64,000 bases of DNA from Eimeria praecox (lineage: Eukaryota). Under the pieces are notes generated by a model. It made no database searches and was not told where the DNA came from. It was given only the letters and a program-made list of their open reading frames with translations. Positions 29,410 through 41,649 of the stretch are shown piece by piece. Location of the stretch: the NCBI GenBank assembly GCA_963920595.1, contig OY986948.1, positions 1,674,001-1,738,000 on the forward strand. The letters are read 5' to 3'. The position numbers and the translations under genes were made by a program. The stretch's first letter is position 1, and every line of letters begins with the position of its first letter.

Positions 29410-31750
29410 GCGACCTCCTCCTTGGTGGTCCACTGCTTTTTTAACCCTACCATCGCCCGTTAGAGGATGATCACTAAATTTGCGCAAAGCTTCTGCGTTA
29501 TAGCGAAGCTGGAAATATATAATAATAGGCGGAGTCTACGATTTCTTTGGCATCTCGAGAGGCTGCCATCTATGTTGCAGTGCTTAAACCAACGCCCGTT
29601 GTACAAGAACCGCAGCTGCTTCGTATCTAAGGAGTTGAGAGAACACAATTTATAAATGAATAGGAGAGCGCCTCAAATACTAGCTGCCGCAGAACGCAAT
29701 GCCGGGTCGATACGGGGCCAGGAGAATGCGTGAGCAACCACGTTTGTGGTATCTTTGATATGCTTAACTGTAAAGTCGTACCACGTCGGCCGCCAAACGG
29801 CGGAACAATTGCTTCTTTATTGAAGCATTAAAAGCTCGTTTCCCAGTGCGCTGGGAAAGAGTTTTTAGTTCAGTTTTACCAATGAAATCCTTGCCGTCGA
29901 AGTAGAGTCGGCACTTCTTTGCTGTCCACCAGACTGCAAAGGACCCCTTCTACCGTACCGAATGCTTCTGCAACCCTTCCGTTAAACAGCAAGAATAGGT
30001 GGCAGTTGTTGTTGTTTCAAATCGTTGCATCCAATAGAGCAAATATCCGGATGGTGTGCCGTTGGCTTCGGGTGTTTACGTAGGGGTTGTCGAAATTAGA
30101 GAGCTCGAACGCAGGAGATTGTGCCAGGCGTCTGGGGCGGAACATGGCTGCTTCCTCTTCTGTGTATTCCCACATAAACTGCTCGTTCTTATTTAGGAGA
30201 TCCTTCGGAGCTGCGTGCACGCAAGAGAGTCCGCGGGTAAAGCTGCGGTTGTACGATGGGAAATAGCGGAACTTCTGAATCGTAAGAGTGTACTGGCTTA
30301 GCAGCCACGGTCGGATGGCCTCTCTCTTCGCAGGAACTTTGTCGGTTCGTGCCGCAGAGGTCCGAAGCCCTGAGAGACTAATTGGTTGCTTGAAGAGCAG
30401 TCAACACTGTGCGTTTAATAGCCACTGCCTTTCACATAGCAGTTGCAGAGCATGCCGCCGCCACCGCCAGTGCTTCTGCTCTTCGCGGTTGAACAGAAGG
30501 GTGCCGCCCACGCATATCGCCTATCTCTCCCTCACTGATTGGCCCCAAGAGTTCGTGCTTTTCCTGCCGCTTCAGTTCAGTGCGTGCTTTCACTATCCTG
30601 AAGGGCATCCATATACACTCTACTTGCTCAGTTCTGGTATGTACGGCGGCCTTGTGTCTGCCGTCTGGCCTTATGGGATGTGTATACGTCAATGCGTCAA
30701 CCGCATTGAAAAAGAAATATTGCAGGAAAGTTGTTTACCTGCCGCACCGGGAACTTTTGATTCACCTTGATTTTATTGGGCAGTGGCGGATGGGCTTCAG
30801 GCCCATCCGCCACTGCTCCACCTTTCCACCTTCCCCTTCGCCAGCACAGGATTGTGTCCAAATGCGCTGTTTGACTGCTCAGTCTCTCCTTTTATTAGCA
30901 GCTCTATTAGCAGCTCGTCCTTTTGCCGCTCGTGTCAATAGCTACTGAAGCTCTTCGGGTGTGCTTTGAAGGCGACAACACTATTATTTCGTGCATTGCC
31001 ACTGCAGCTGAGGTGCTCCTACATCCGGGCGGCCAATGACCGTGTAGGCATCCTTTATGGATTGTTCTAGCGGCAAAAGCATTTTGAGCGATATGGGCTG
31101 CTGGCACTGTGCTCGCATCAGTACGAGACGCCCTTTCGATGGCCATCTCTCAGCCAGATCCTGAACAAGCTCCATTATTCGAGAAGGCTGAATACTTGAT
31201 AAAGGTCTTATAAAGAGTATCTAAGAGTGCATACCGACATAACGACTAATTAGTCACTTATGTAGGCCGTCGCTGTGGGGGTTGAGTTCGCTAGTCGTGC
31301 TTGTACCCCTGAGCAAAAGAACCACGAGGTGTAACGAAGCGCTGAGAGGGTCCTCAATATTAGCAGAGGACCACTGTGATCTGACGTCAAAAGGTTTTCA
31401 AGAAGAAATACCCGAGAAGCAATTGGCCTCCCAATCTGTTTCCGCAGCAGCCCAAACGCCTAGGGCTGCTAGACCGGAAGAGGCGGCTATTCGTGAGATG
31501 CAGCATACCTTGCTGCAGCTCATGGAAAGCAGCCTTCAGGCAAGCATCATTTTGCTTGCTTGAAGGCCTAAGCCCCCTTTCGATGCTAACGCTGTAGACA
31601 CTGTGCAAGCTAGCAGCAGCTAGCCTACGTACAAGCAGAAATACACGTACAAACTTCACAGACCATACTACACCCCATCTCTCAGAGCCGAACGCTGGAC
31701 CCGAATGCGCCATTTGGGGCCTTTCACTTACACCTGAGAGTAGCCCCAAC
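29410..31750 (-). mobile_element. Second decayed Ty3/gypsy retrotransposon (gag, RT, RNase H, start of integrase), related to the 19-23 kb element
   Basis: Gag-like KAAFHELQQG..LLLGYFF (31387-31752). RT: QWRMGL, PNKIKVNQKFPVRQ, PIRPDGRHKAAVHTRTEQVECIWMPFRIVKA, ALQLLCERQW, KREAIRPW, AAPKDLLNKNEQFMWE. RNase H: KKCRLYFDGKDFIGKTE, YDFTVKHIKDTTNVVAHAFS. Integrase zinc-finger-like DHPLTGDGRVKK at ~29430-29470. Boundaries are approximate. Confidence 0.82.
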
Positions 31751-32187
31751 ACAATTGCGCTGTTTCCGGCTGCCCAGGCGACCCTTGGTCAACACAGCTG
31801 GGCGACCCCATGCTAGACTGGGGAGGGGTGTGGGAAGGGTGTAGGGCGCAGAAGGGGCCTTAAAGGGAAATGCTGCGAAGAGCTATATCACTCCAGGAGC
31901 CCCTTTCAGGTGGTAGGCCTTGAGCCCTCTATAGAGGCCCCTTCACGTTAGGTCTTGATACCGCTCTAGGTACCTTCCTTTAGAGCTTAGACGCCGAGAC
32001 CCCTGTAGGGGCCCACACTCTGCCGAATAATTGACGAGCCCGTATAGAAGCCCTCCTCAGGCAGGGCTCCTCAGGCACAATGAAGGGGTTATGAGGGGTT
32101 ACGTGGGTCGGGTGAGAGAGAGCGAGGTAAAGGTGGGGTTGCATGGAAAGAATACGTGAAGCAGAAGAGAAACGAAGATAACGTAGT

Positions 32188-35100
32188 TCAATTTACTGTT
32201 GAGGGTAGAGTAAACAAGTGGACACTCTCCCCTTTGGCTTGGCAGCGATAGTCCTGCCACCTCTTCATCTTGTCGGAGACTGCAGACACAAGTAGAATGC
32301 ATATGGGAGAGCAGGAAGGGAAGATAGTAAAATATACACAAGTTCAAAGGAAACAGACACAAAGGACACAAGTACGCAAGAGTAAAGAGCCACAAACAAA
32401 GAGAATAACGGCAAAATAAGCGATCAAAAGGAGGCAAGAACACAGGGAGACACACCGAGACAAAGCCATGGCGACAAAACCAAACTCAACAGGCAGAAAG
32501 AAGAAGGGGAAACCAGACATAAAGCCGTAAATACAAACACAAAAGGAGGCACATACATCACTGCATACGAAAGGAAGAGCTGTTGGAGGAGCTGTTAGGA
32601 CAAACTGACGCCCAACCAAACAGAGACAAATCAGGATAAACACACAAGCTGAAAGCAGAGAGTAGTGAAAACACACGGAGGCGGGAAGGGAAACAGATCG
32701 GGATAGAGGCACACAAATAAAGAGACAAATGATGCAAAGGAAAAAAATACAAGGTAGACATATACAGAGACAGAGAGACACGGAAAGGAAGAGATAGAGA
32801 CACAGAGAGAGAGGAGCATACACAGGGCTAGGCGGAGACAGATTCAGGACAAGAAACGGAGAAAGATACTTAGGCAGAAAAGGAGGTACAGACAGAAGGA
32901 AAGGGCAGAGACAGACACAGAGAAACTGCGACAAGGAGGGAGGAATATAAAATGATGCAAGGGGAGACAAAGGAAACGAGACAGAAAAAAGACAGAAGGG
33001 AGTTAGAAAGAATTGGACGGGGAGATAGAGGAAAACGAGGTGAGAAGGAGGAAAGAAGAAAACGCAGTAGGGCACAGCAAGCAAGAAGAGATGAGGCATG
33101 GTGAAGGAGGAGACAGCAGGAGGTGAAAGCACAGAGGACCAAGAGGAGACACAAAGGAAAATCTGTACACCCCAAGGAGACAAGCAAATAAAGACCACCA
33201 GCACAGCATCTGTAGCACCTGCTGCAATGAGGCGATCTGTAACAAAAGCAATGCCTTCAATATTGCAGTAAATAACTTCGCAGTGATCGCCTCTCGGGAA
33301 GTGAAGAATATTCCCGCCTGCATGCAATCATTCAAAAACGCATGCAGCTTCCTCAGAGATTGCCTGGATGCATGCAGGTGAGGTGTCTTCGTGGATAGCC
33401 TCTTTCTGTTTAAGGTGGCAGGTATTTTGGCCTTCTTCAGGGTTTTTCTGTCCCATTTTCCGCGTGCATGCATGCATGCAATACAGCCCCATTGCTACGA
33501 GACGTGCCTGGGAGGACTTGAAGTTGCATGGGGTCTTTTATGGTAGCTAAGGAGGCAGTGGGGCTGTCTGTTTGTGGCTTTGTTTGAGTGTTGGGCTCTG
33601 TATTCAGTCGCCCAAGCCAAAGACGAGAATCCTCTTGTGATACAATTGCAATTAAGTCCCCCCGGATAGAAATCGCAGAGTAATCAGCAAAATAAACATC
33701 TCGAGGCAGCTCAAGCACCTGCACCGCCCATATAAATCCTTTGCTAGCCCCGTATAACGCCAGTGCATGCATGCAGACAAGTTATGGAATAAGCCGTAGG
33801 GCTTAGGGTTTAGGGTTTAGGGTTTAGGGTACTTTGAGAGTCTTCCAGACGCAGCTTGTTCCCTCCGTTTCTTTTTTCATCAGAACAATTCTGCCGTTCC
33901 CTGAGCCGTCAAGCACAACATGAAATACTAAAATTAAGACGAGGTGTACAGACACCCCGCGTTGAAGCAGCAGCGAGCAGGACAACCGATGCAACTGCAG
34001 GCTGTCTCCACCGGGAAGAAGCAAAGGGTGGCCCCCCAGGGCATACGTGCGTCTGAACCCAAAGAGAGCTGCTTACCTCTCTCGCGGCCTTTCTTTCCTC
34101 CTTTGCAGAAATTCCCCTCACACAATCCTTAATAGAACAACAAAAACAAAGACAAAGCAGCAAAGCTATTTAATAATGAGAAGAAACCAACAAAATAAAA
34201 CAGTCAGAGATGCACATGCAGGAGCGGAGCAACAAACAAATAAACACGAAGAAGCACAACAGAAACGCCAAGAGTCATCAGATAAATAAAGTCCAAACAT
34301 ATAAATAAATTAATAAAATAAAAGCAAAGAGAACAAAACCAAAACATCACAACAAACAAGAAACCCAAAGCAATTAATTAAGACAAGCCAATCTAAACAA
34401 ACAAACGAGGAAAGAGATGCACGAGCTAACCCTTTTAACCTCAGGTCCTATACACTAAACCATATAAACCCTCAACAAACCCTAACTGCCCACCAAGGAG
34501 ATACACCTCGCCTTTGTGGTCTCGCAAGCCCACAAGCCCCTGCAGAGGACAAACCCCAAACCCACGCAATAAGCACGAAACCCTAAACCCTCTACGATGA
34601 GATGCAGTAATAGCCAATCTAAAACCCTAAGCACTAAACCCTGAATACCCCTCCACTGACCTCAAAGCCTTTGTTGCCAGCAGAGAAAGAGAACTCTGTG
34701 CGCAGCAGCAAAAGAGTTAAGCGTCGAAAATTAAGGGTTTAGGGTTTAGGGTTTAGGGTTTAGGGTTAGGCGTCACTGCTTCTCCCGCTGTGAGCGTGTA
34801 CAGCTTCCGGGCTTCGCGTTTAGAGCCTTGCGGGACCAGTCTACTGTTAGGGTTTAGGGTTTAGGGTTTACCTGTTTTGCACGTAGTTTGCAGATTATAT
34901 GTATCTCCGCTGATAGTAATTTCTTCTATATGAGCATGGAAAGGCTTAGTGCTGCTCCTCTCCCGCTCTTGCTGCTCCTCCTGCTGCTGCCGCCGCTGCT
35001 GCTCTGTCTCTGCGGGAGCCTCTGCTTCCTCTTGATCAGGATTGTGTGTAACTGCCTCCCGTACGATGTAAAAGACCCCCGACTGAAGGCAAAGGCACTA

Positions 35101-36576
35101 AACCCTAAACCCTAAACCCTAAACCCTAAACCCTAAACCCCACGAGATCTGCAGCAGTAGCTGAATTGTGCATTACTGTACGCTGCTTGTCTGTTGCTGT
35201 CTTTTTTTCTCCCAGAGTTTGTTGCATTCCTTTATATACCCACTTGTGTACGTGCTCAAGGGTTTAAGATCTAGGGTTTAGGGTTTAGGGTTTAGGGTTT
35301 AGGGTTTAGTGTGGGAAGGCCCACTTGCTCGTCCAGCCAGAGAGCCTCCCAGTCGGATTCGCTGTTTCCATTTCGCTCCTGCAGTAACAGAAACAGCAAA
35401 ATTAGTAGCAGCAGCAGTTGTAGCAGCAGCAGCAGATTGGAGGAGGGAGACTGACACTGCAGAGATTGAAAGGTGATAGACTAAATATAGGAGAGAAGAA
35501 AAGCCTTAAAAGGAGAGGGAGGTTAAGAGATGCAAATGCCGTTATATGGTTTCCTGTTGAGGTAGAAACAAACAAATAATAACAAAGGCAGGCACAATAG
35601 ATAAAGGGAGATAGCCACAAAGAGACACAAAGCGAGAACGCACAGACTGTCCGATAAGCTGGTTTTCTGGAGACAGAGGTGTTAGTCTATAGCCAGCCTT
35701 CATCAAGGAAAAAGAAGAATCAGACACCTGCAGTAAACATACACACGCACACACACACACACATTCTGCTCCCTCTTATCTGTGTCTCTGTCTGTCTCCT
35801 CTCCTTTGTCTAGTCTGTCGTCTTATCTTCCTTGAAGAGGCTGGTGCGTCTATTAATATCTTTTTCTGTCTCTATAATTAATTTCTGCCGTCTCATGTAA
35901 TCTTAGTTTCTGTCTCTATTTGTCTCTGTTTCTTTCTCCATTAGACCTTGTTTGTGTTCGTTTGTGTCTGCGTGTGTGTATTTGTTTATCTCTGTGTTTG
36001 TATTCGTTGCTGTATCTATTGCTGTTCCTGTCTTTAATTCTCTCTCCTTCTCTGTCTCTTTCTATCTGTCCTTATTTGTTTTCGTTGTTGTTTCTATTAG
36101 CCTCTGTTTCTGTGTTTGTTTGTCTTCGTTTATCTTTCCTGTTGTGTTCGCTTCTGCCTCCATTTGTGCCTGCATCTAGAAACAATTGCTGTTGTCTCCG
36201 TCTCTTCCTCTCTCTTTCTCTTTCTTTCCTTGTCTCTGTCTCGTTCTGTGTGTCTATCTCTTTCGGTGTCTCTACCTCTTTCTACGTCTCTATCTCATTC
36301 TCTGTCTCTGTCTCTGTCTCTGTCTCTTTTTCTGTCTCCTCACGAAATAGAGGGAATTGCCAGTGGAGACGACATCACTGGCTTCGAATTTCTTTAGAGC
36401 TCCTTCTGCGAAGAGGGAGGAGGCGGGGGCCTCCAGGGATAGTTTAAGGGTTTTGTCGCGGTAGTCTGCATGTACACACAAACAAAGCCCCAAACTGAAA
36501 CCCCTTAGCAATAAAAAGCGCATGCAGGGCTCTGCATACACCTCATGCATGCACACACACCTCAGATACCATATGC

Positions 36577-36670
<94 letters not shown>

Positions 36671-37235
36671 AGCTATTATATATATGAACCCGTAGGTGTA
36701 TATATATGCCCTAAACCCTAAACCCTAGACAGCTGAAACCGCTGTCACCTTTGCGGCAGATGTCTTCATCGATTCCTGCTCCACTCAAGCTGGCTGATAT
36801 GTTTTGGGGCTTTCCGATTGCATGCAGCAGCAAAACACAAAACACAAGCAGCAGCAGGGCGAAAAGTAGAAGACGTCTTAAGGGAGTCTGCTTCAGTTGC
36901 TGCTGAACCGCTGCTGCTGCTGCTGCTGCTGCTGCTGCCGCTGCTGCTGCACCGCGAGGTCTCGTGGAGAAACCTCCAGAAGCATCTGAGGAAGAAACAT
37001 CGAAGGATAAGACATTTCCTTGCTGCTGCTGCTGTTGTTGTTGCTCCTGTTGCTCCTGAAAAGGACTTGGGGGAGGGTAGACCAAGTAGTCTCGGGCGCC
37101 TGAGGCCCCCAGTAAGGGAGCTGCTGCTGCAGGTTGCTGTTGTTGTTGCTGCTGCTGGCGTTGCTGCTGCAGCGTCTCCAGCACCGCAGGGCGAGGCTGG
37201 TTTGCTGTATCATGTATGTGATAGGAGGAGTCCAT
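32188..37235 (-). CDS. Conserved uncharacterised type II membrane protein, probable extracytoplasmic beta-propeller, 12 exons, ~520 aa
   Basis: Exons 37235-36749, 36465-36344, 35727-35644, 35378-35325, 35082-34872, 34695-34661, 34539-34494, 34127-34077, 33900-33833, 33718-33508 (or -33499), 33317-33219, 32279-32188; all phases join without stops. One TM segment, LLLFALLLLVFCVLLLHAI. Blade-like motifs: KFEASDV, DWEAL, NKGFEGL, GLCEGNFC, FADYSAI, VSQEDSRLW, YCNIEGI, VSDKMK. Confidence 0.82.
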
Positions 37236-38085
37236 TGTGAGCGGACGATGTGTGCAATCTTTGAGTGGGTCGGGGCTTAGGGTTTAGGGTTTAGGGTGTA
37301 GGGTTTAGGGTTTGGGTTCTCTAGGAGGCTTGATATGGAGCAGCCAATGCGTTTCAACAATTTAAATTGCCCCTACAGATGGAAAGAGCAGCAGCTGCTG
37401 CAACAGCAGCTGCTGCTGCTGCGGTCGTGGGGCCCCAGCGTAGGCGATAAGCCAAGGAAGAGGGGAGGGGAGCAACAATTGCTACTTAGGCGGTCCTTCC
37501 AGTTCTGATAATTTATAATCGATTTTAATTCACTACTTTATATCTGCCACTGAGGGTAAGAGGAAATCAGAAACATAAATACTGCAAAGCAGGACGCGCT
37601 TCTTGGGGGCCTCCGGTCTTCTCTTCCCCAGCCACCGGGTCGGGGGAGAAGCAGAATGGTGGTGATGTTGTGGTGTTTGTTGAATAAAATTCGCATTTAG
37701 CGGTTTATTATGCTTTTTATTCCTTTATTAGTTGTGGTTTCACGTATTTGTGCTCTCTTTCGCCTTTGAAACTGCTGCCGAAGCTGTCGCCTGGTCCAGG
37801 CGCGGTCGCAAGCCCGCTGGTTTGCGGTGTATTGGCAGCTCATATATGTGGATCATTTCTTTTTTTTGTTATCTGTATGACTCATTTGTCTTTTTATCGG
37901 GGAATTCCTCCTCTGTTTCATATATATAACGCCACCTTAGCTGCAATTGCTCTAACCCGCCGCCGCGGCCAGCACCACCGCCGGGGTCTCAGAGAGGCCC
38001 CAGCATTACTTGAATTGTTTCTTTTCAACAGCCTATCTATCTGATCAACCCTTTTAGGTCCTCTTCTTCGTCTCACCGACAGGAA

Positions 38086-38742
38086 ATGTGCCTGCTGACT
38101 CTCCGTATAAGAGCCTCCAGAAGACAGGCACCCGAGACTCAACCCGCAGGTCTGCGAGGGCTTATCGCTGCTTTGTTAGAGATCATTCATAGTGAGCATT
38201 TGACGATAATTGTGACACTTGAACCAATTTTAAGGTTACCTGGCTATCCTCCTCTCGTATCTGTTCTTATCTCTCCACCTAATACCCCACATCATGTCCT
38301 TGTGCATGTTTGGGGCTTTCTACCGTCTAATACAACCACTCTAATTGCTCTCAGCTTCCCTGACCATATTAACTTAAGAAACCCACCCCAGCAACACAGA
38401 CGCATCCACCCAAACTACGTCCCTATGGATGCCGTCAGAGCACCACAAGCCCTTAGGGGAGCATACCCAGGGGCTGGAAGGGGGCCCCAACCCCCCTTAA
38501 TAGCCTCAAGGGGGGGCCCTCCAAGATTTCCTCAGGATCGATTCATACAAACTTCCAGGGAGGGTTTTGTAAGGGACCCCAGATCAAGACCTTCTTCTAT
38601 AAGACCTTCTTCTGTAGAACCAGTAAGACAACATAGACCAATAGATGAACGCCACGGAGGATTAGTAATGCGTGAGAGAATTGAACGGTACGTCCAAATA
38701 GACCCTGAAATTTTATACTTTCTTTGTCGACCTCGTGAATAG
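38086..38742 (+). CDS. Hypothetical protein (218 aa non-repetitive ORF, possibly a terminal exon)
   Basis: 657-nt open frame not explained by simple repeats; the minus-strand frames checked are interrupted by stops; followed by (TA)n like other gene ends here. No recognised domain. Confidence 0.4.
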   Translation: MCLLTLRIRASRRQAPETQPAGLRGLIAALLEIIHSEHLTIIVTLEPILRLPGYPPLVSVLISPPNTPHHVLVHVWGFLPSNTTTLIALSFPDHINLRNPPQQHRRIHPNYVPMDAVRAPQALRGAYPGAGRGPQPPLIASRGGPPRFPQDRFIQTSREGFVRDPRSRPSSIRPSSVEPVRQHRPIDERHGGLVMRERIERYVQIDPEILYFLCRPRE

Positions 38743-38745
38743 GTG

Positions 38746-38803
<58 letters not shown>

Positions 38804-41649
38804 CCAGATGCAGGCAGTCACCTACTGCAAGCTTTTGCTGCAGCGGCCAAATAGCCAACGAGGCCCCAAGAGGTCTTGATCTGAGCACTTATCCGAAATT
38901 AAACAAAATGAAGTCAATTAAGCAGCCCCCAGAGCCCCAAGCTATTCATAGAGGCCTTCATGATAGTTCTTTGTAAAGACCCGTGGGTTCTGTACAGACC
39001 CCCCACTACCTTTTTGCATGCAAGGCCCCTGAGTAGCTGATGGAGAAGTGTTTAATGGGCGGCTTTAGTATAGTAGAGTAATTTGTTTGCTGTTTACAAA
39101 TACCTCTTCCCGTTTTTTTAAGATTTTATTTTTTTCAATAGTATAATCTTCCTTGTCAGTGGTTGTATTATCCTTCGGGATACCTCCAAGAACCCAGCCC
39201 TAGCTAGCCCTTCCCATAAACCCTAAACCCTAGACCCTAAACCCTAAACCCTAAACTCCCCAGCATCAACCCTAAAAGCAAGCCCTGACCCTTTGACCTA
39301 CACGCACATACACACTCATACACTCAGTCGATGACGTATTGAGATGAATAATGCAGCAAAAAACAAAAAATAAAAACCAAAGAAAAGATAAAACCCTCTA
39401 AGGTGTTGTTCTCCCGGACACGGAGGTCCAAAGCCCCAGCAAACTTTCCATTCCCGCGACTGTCTCCTTCCTTTAGATCGCGCCAGAAACGAAATCGAAT
39501 ACAGTAGCAGCAGCAAGGGCAGCAGCAGCAGCAGCACCAACAGTAGCAGCAGTAGTAGTAGTAATAGTAGTAGTAGCCGTAGTTGTATACCCGAGCAGTG
39601 TGTTAAGGACTCACCGTGAGAGTGAAGAATGCGTGGAAGAGAGTGGGAATTTGATGATGCAAACCCAAATACACTTCTTTGTTGACTTGTATTTGTTATT
39701 AAACAACGTTATTTTAAAAGAAAAACCAACACAAATACCAAAAAGAGTCTAGACAATGGGGTGGGGCCCCATGGCTGGTTGAAGGAGGAGGGTTCTCTCT
39801 CTGCCGAGGCTGCTGCTGCCTTTTATTCTTTTCACCTGCATGCAGAGCTACTAATATATTAAATGCTATTTTATAAAGTAAATAGAACTGTAGAAATGTA
39901 CTGTATATTACAAAACCCGTCTAACCAAAATCATGCAACAAACACCCTACCACCCTGTCGAGGGGTGTATACACCATAACGTATGATCAGACAAATTTAA
40001 AACCCCTACTACCATATTTATTATATGTTATTCTGTGTTTTCATCTTTAGAAACATCGAAGAAACAAACACACAGATCCTCGCCGCACGAAACCAACAAC
40101 CAACCTTCTCTCTCAAACACATAAACAGCTACAAGAAATACAGCAAAAGAAGCAGCAACTGCAGCAGCGATAACCAAAAAAGAAACAACAGCCCTACAAA
40201 ACAAAACCTATCACAATATCAGCTGTAGCGGCGGCAGTAGCAACAGCAGTAGCAGCTTCAGCTTTCTATGGGTACGTCCTTCAGCAGTAGCAACGTCGTT
40301 CCAGTCTGTACATGTAGCAGCATCAATTTAAATCTGTAGCAGCAAAAACAACAGCAGCAGTAGCAGCAGCAGCAGATAGACAGCTAGCAGCAGCTGCTGC
40401 AGCAGCAGTAATATGTATGAGTTCTGTTCTTTCCAGTGTGCAACTGCGATGCGAGCGTCGCCTGCTTCCTGAGTATTAGGCTACCCCTAACTACCTTATC
40501 AACGGCCATCTTACATTTAGAATAGAACATCAGCAGAAGCAGATCAGCAGCAGCAACGGTATCTGCTGCCTGTCTTGCATCTGGGGTGGGGTATTAGGGT
40601 TGAACTAGCCCTTGAAACGAATGTGTTAGGATTCAAAATAAGATATTTTCAAATGTTTATACTAGATATTCATCAGAATAGAATCAAAATAGAAAACAAA
40701 TCTAGCAAACACATACACTGTTTCAACGTGCGTGCTCGCCCCAATGGCCCGATCCTAGCATCTGTGCGTACTACATGGGGAGTGAATCTGGTGTATTATA
40801 TATACATAATCGACACTTTTCTCGCGTTATTCTCGTTTAAATAAACATTCTTTGCTATTTTTTCAGGTGTTCGTGCAGCTTTCCATCATAAATGTGAGCG
40901 AAACTCGCAGCCGTTTCCGCGTGGAGGAAGCGGTAACCAGCCGCCGATCTACTTGGCTGAATAAGCAGATGAGGCCTGGGTATATACAGCAGAGTAATAA
41001 TACAACATCACCTTCTCTGGTATTTGAATCGAAGTTCGTTTGCCTACAATATTTTACATCTCATCTATCCGAACAGCTCCCCTCGGGCACCGTTGCAGCC
41101 ATTGGTCCACGGGCTTTCTGCCTCAGCCGACCACGAGGAACACTCTGTTTTCTCTCTAAGCTCTCATTGAGGTGCTGATATCCAGCGAAATATGTTGGGT
41201 TTTCGTCTGTCTTCAAGTGTGTTAAGGAACAGTCTTCGGAAGATCAAAGAAGGAAGGGGATGGCTACCAGTGCAAGCACCGCGATGCGGTGCTGCCTTCT
41301 TGAGTGTCGTTCGTGGTTACATTCATCATATTCTTTCGCAGCTTTCCCCCACTTTCTCTGCCCGTCTCTCATAATGCAACTTCCGCAAGCAGTGTCGCGG
41401 ATTCACCGGGGGTTTGCTCCCTGCGCCCATTTGTAGCGCTGCCTAGTATTTTGCTCCTGAATATTTAGTCTAGACAGCTGCAGGAGAGGGGCAGGGGGGA
41501 GATACAGATATGCCAACTACAATGTTAGCCTGTTAGGGGGGAGGAACAACCCCTTTTGGGGCCACTGGTGAGGTACGGGACTACGACGATGTTCAGCAGC
41601 AAAACAGCGTATACTCTCTTGGGGGGTATTACTGCTAACAATTACATGG

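Noticed and set aside
39300..39660. Possible small minus-strand exons (GTGAGT donor near 39614)
   Set aside because: No coherent reading frame; may be UTR or non-coding.
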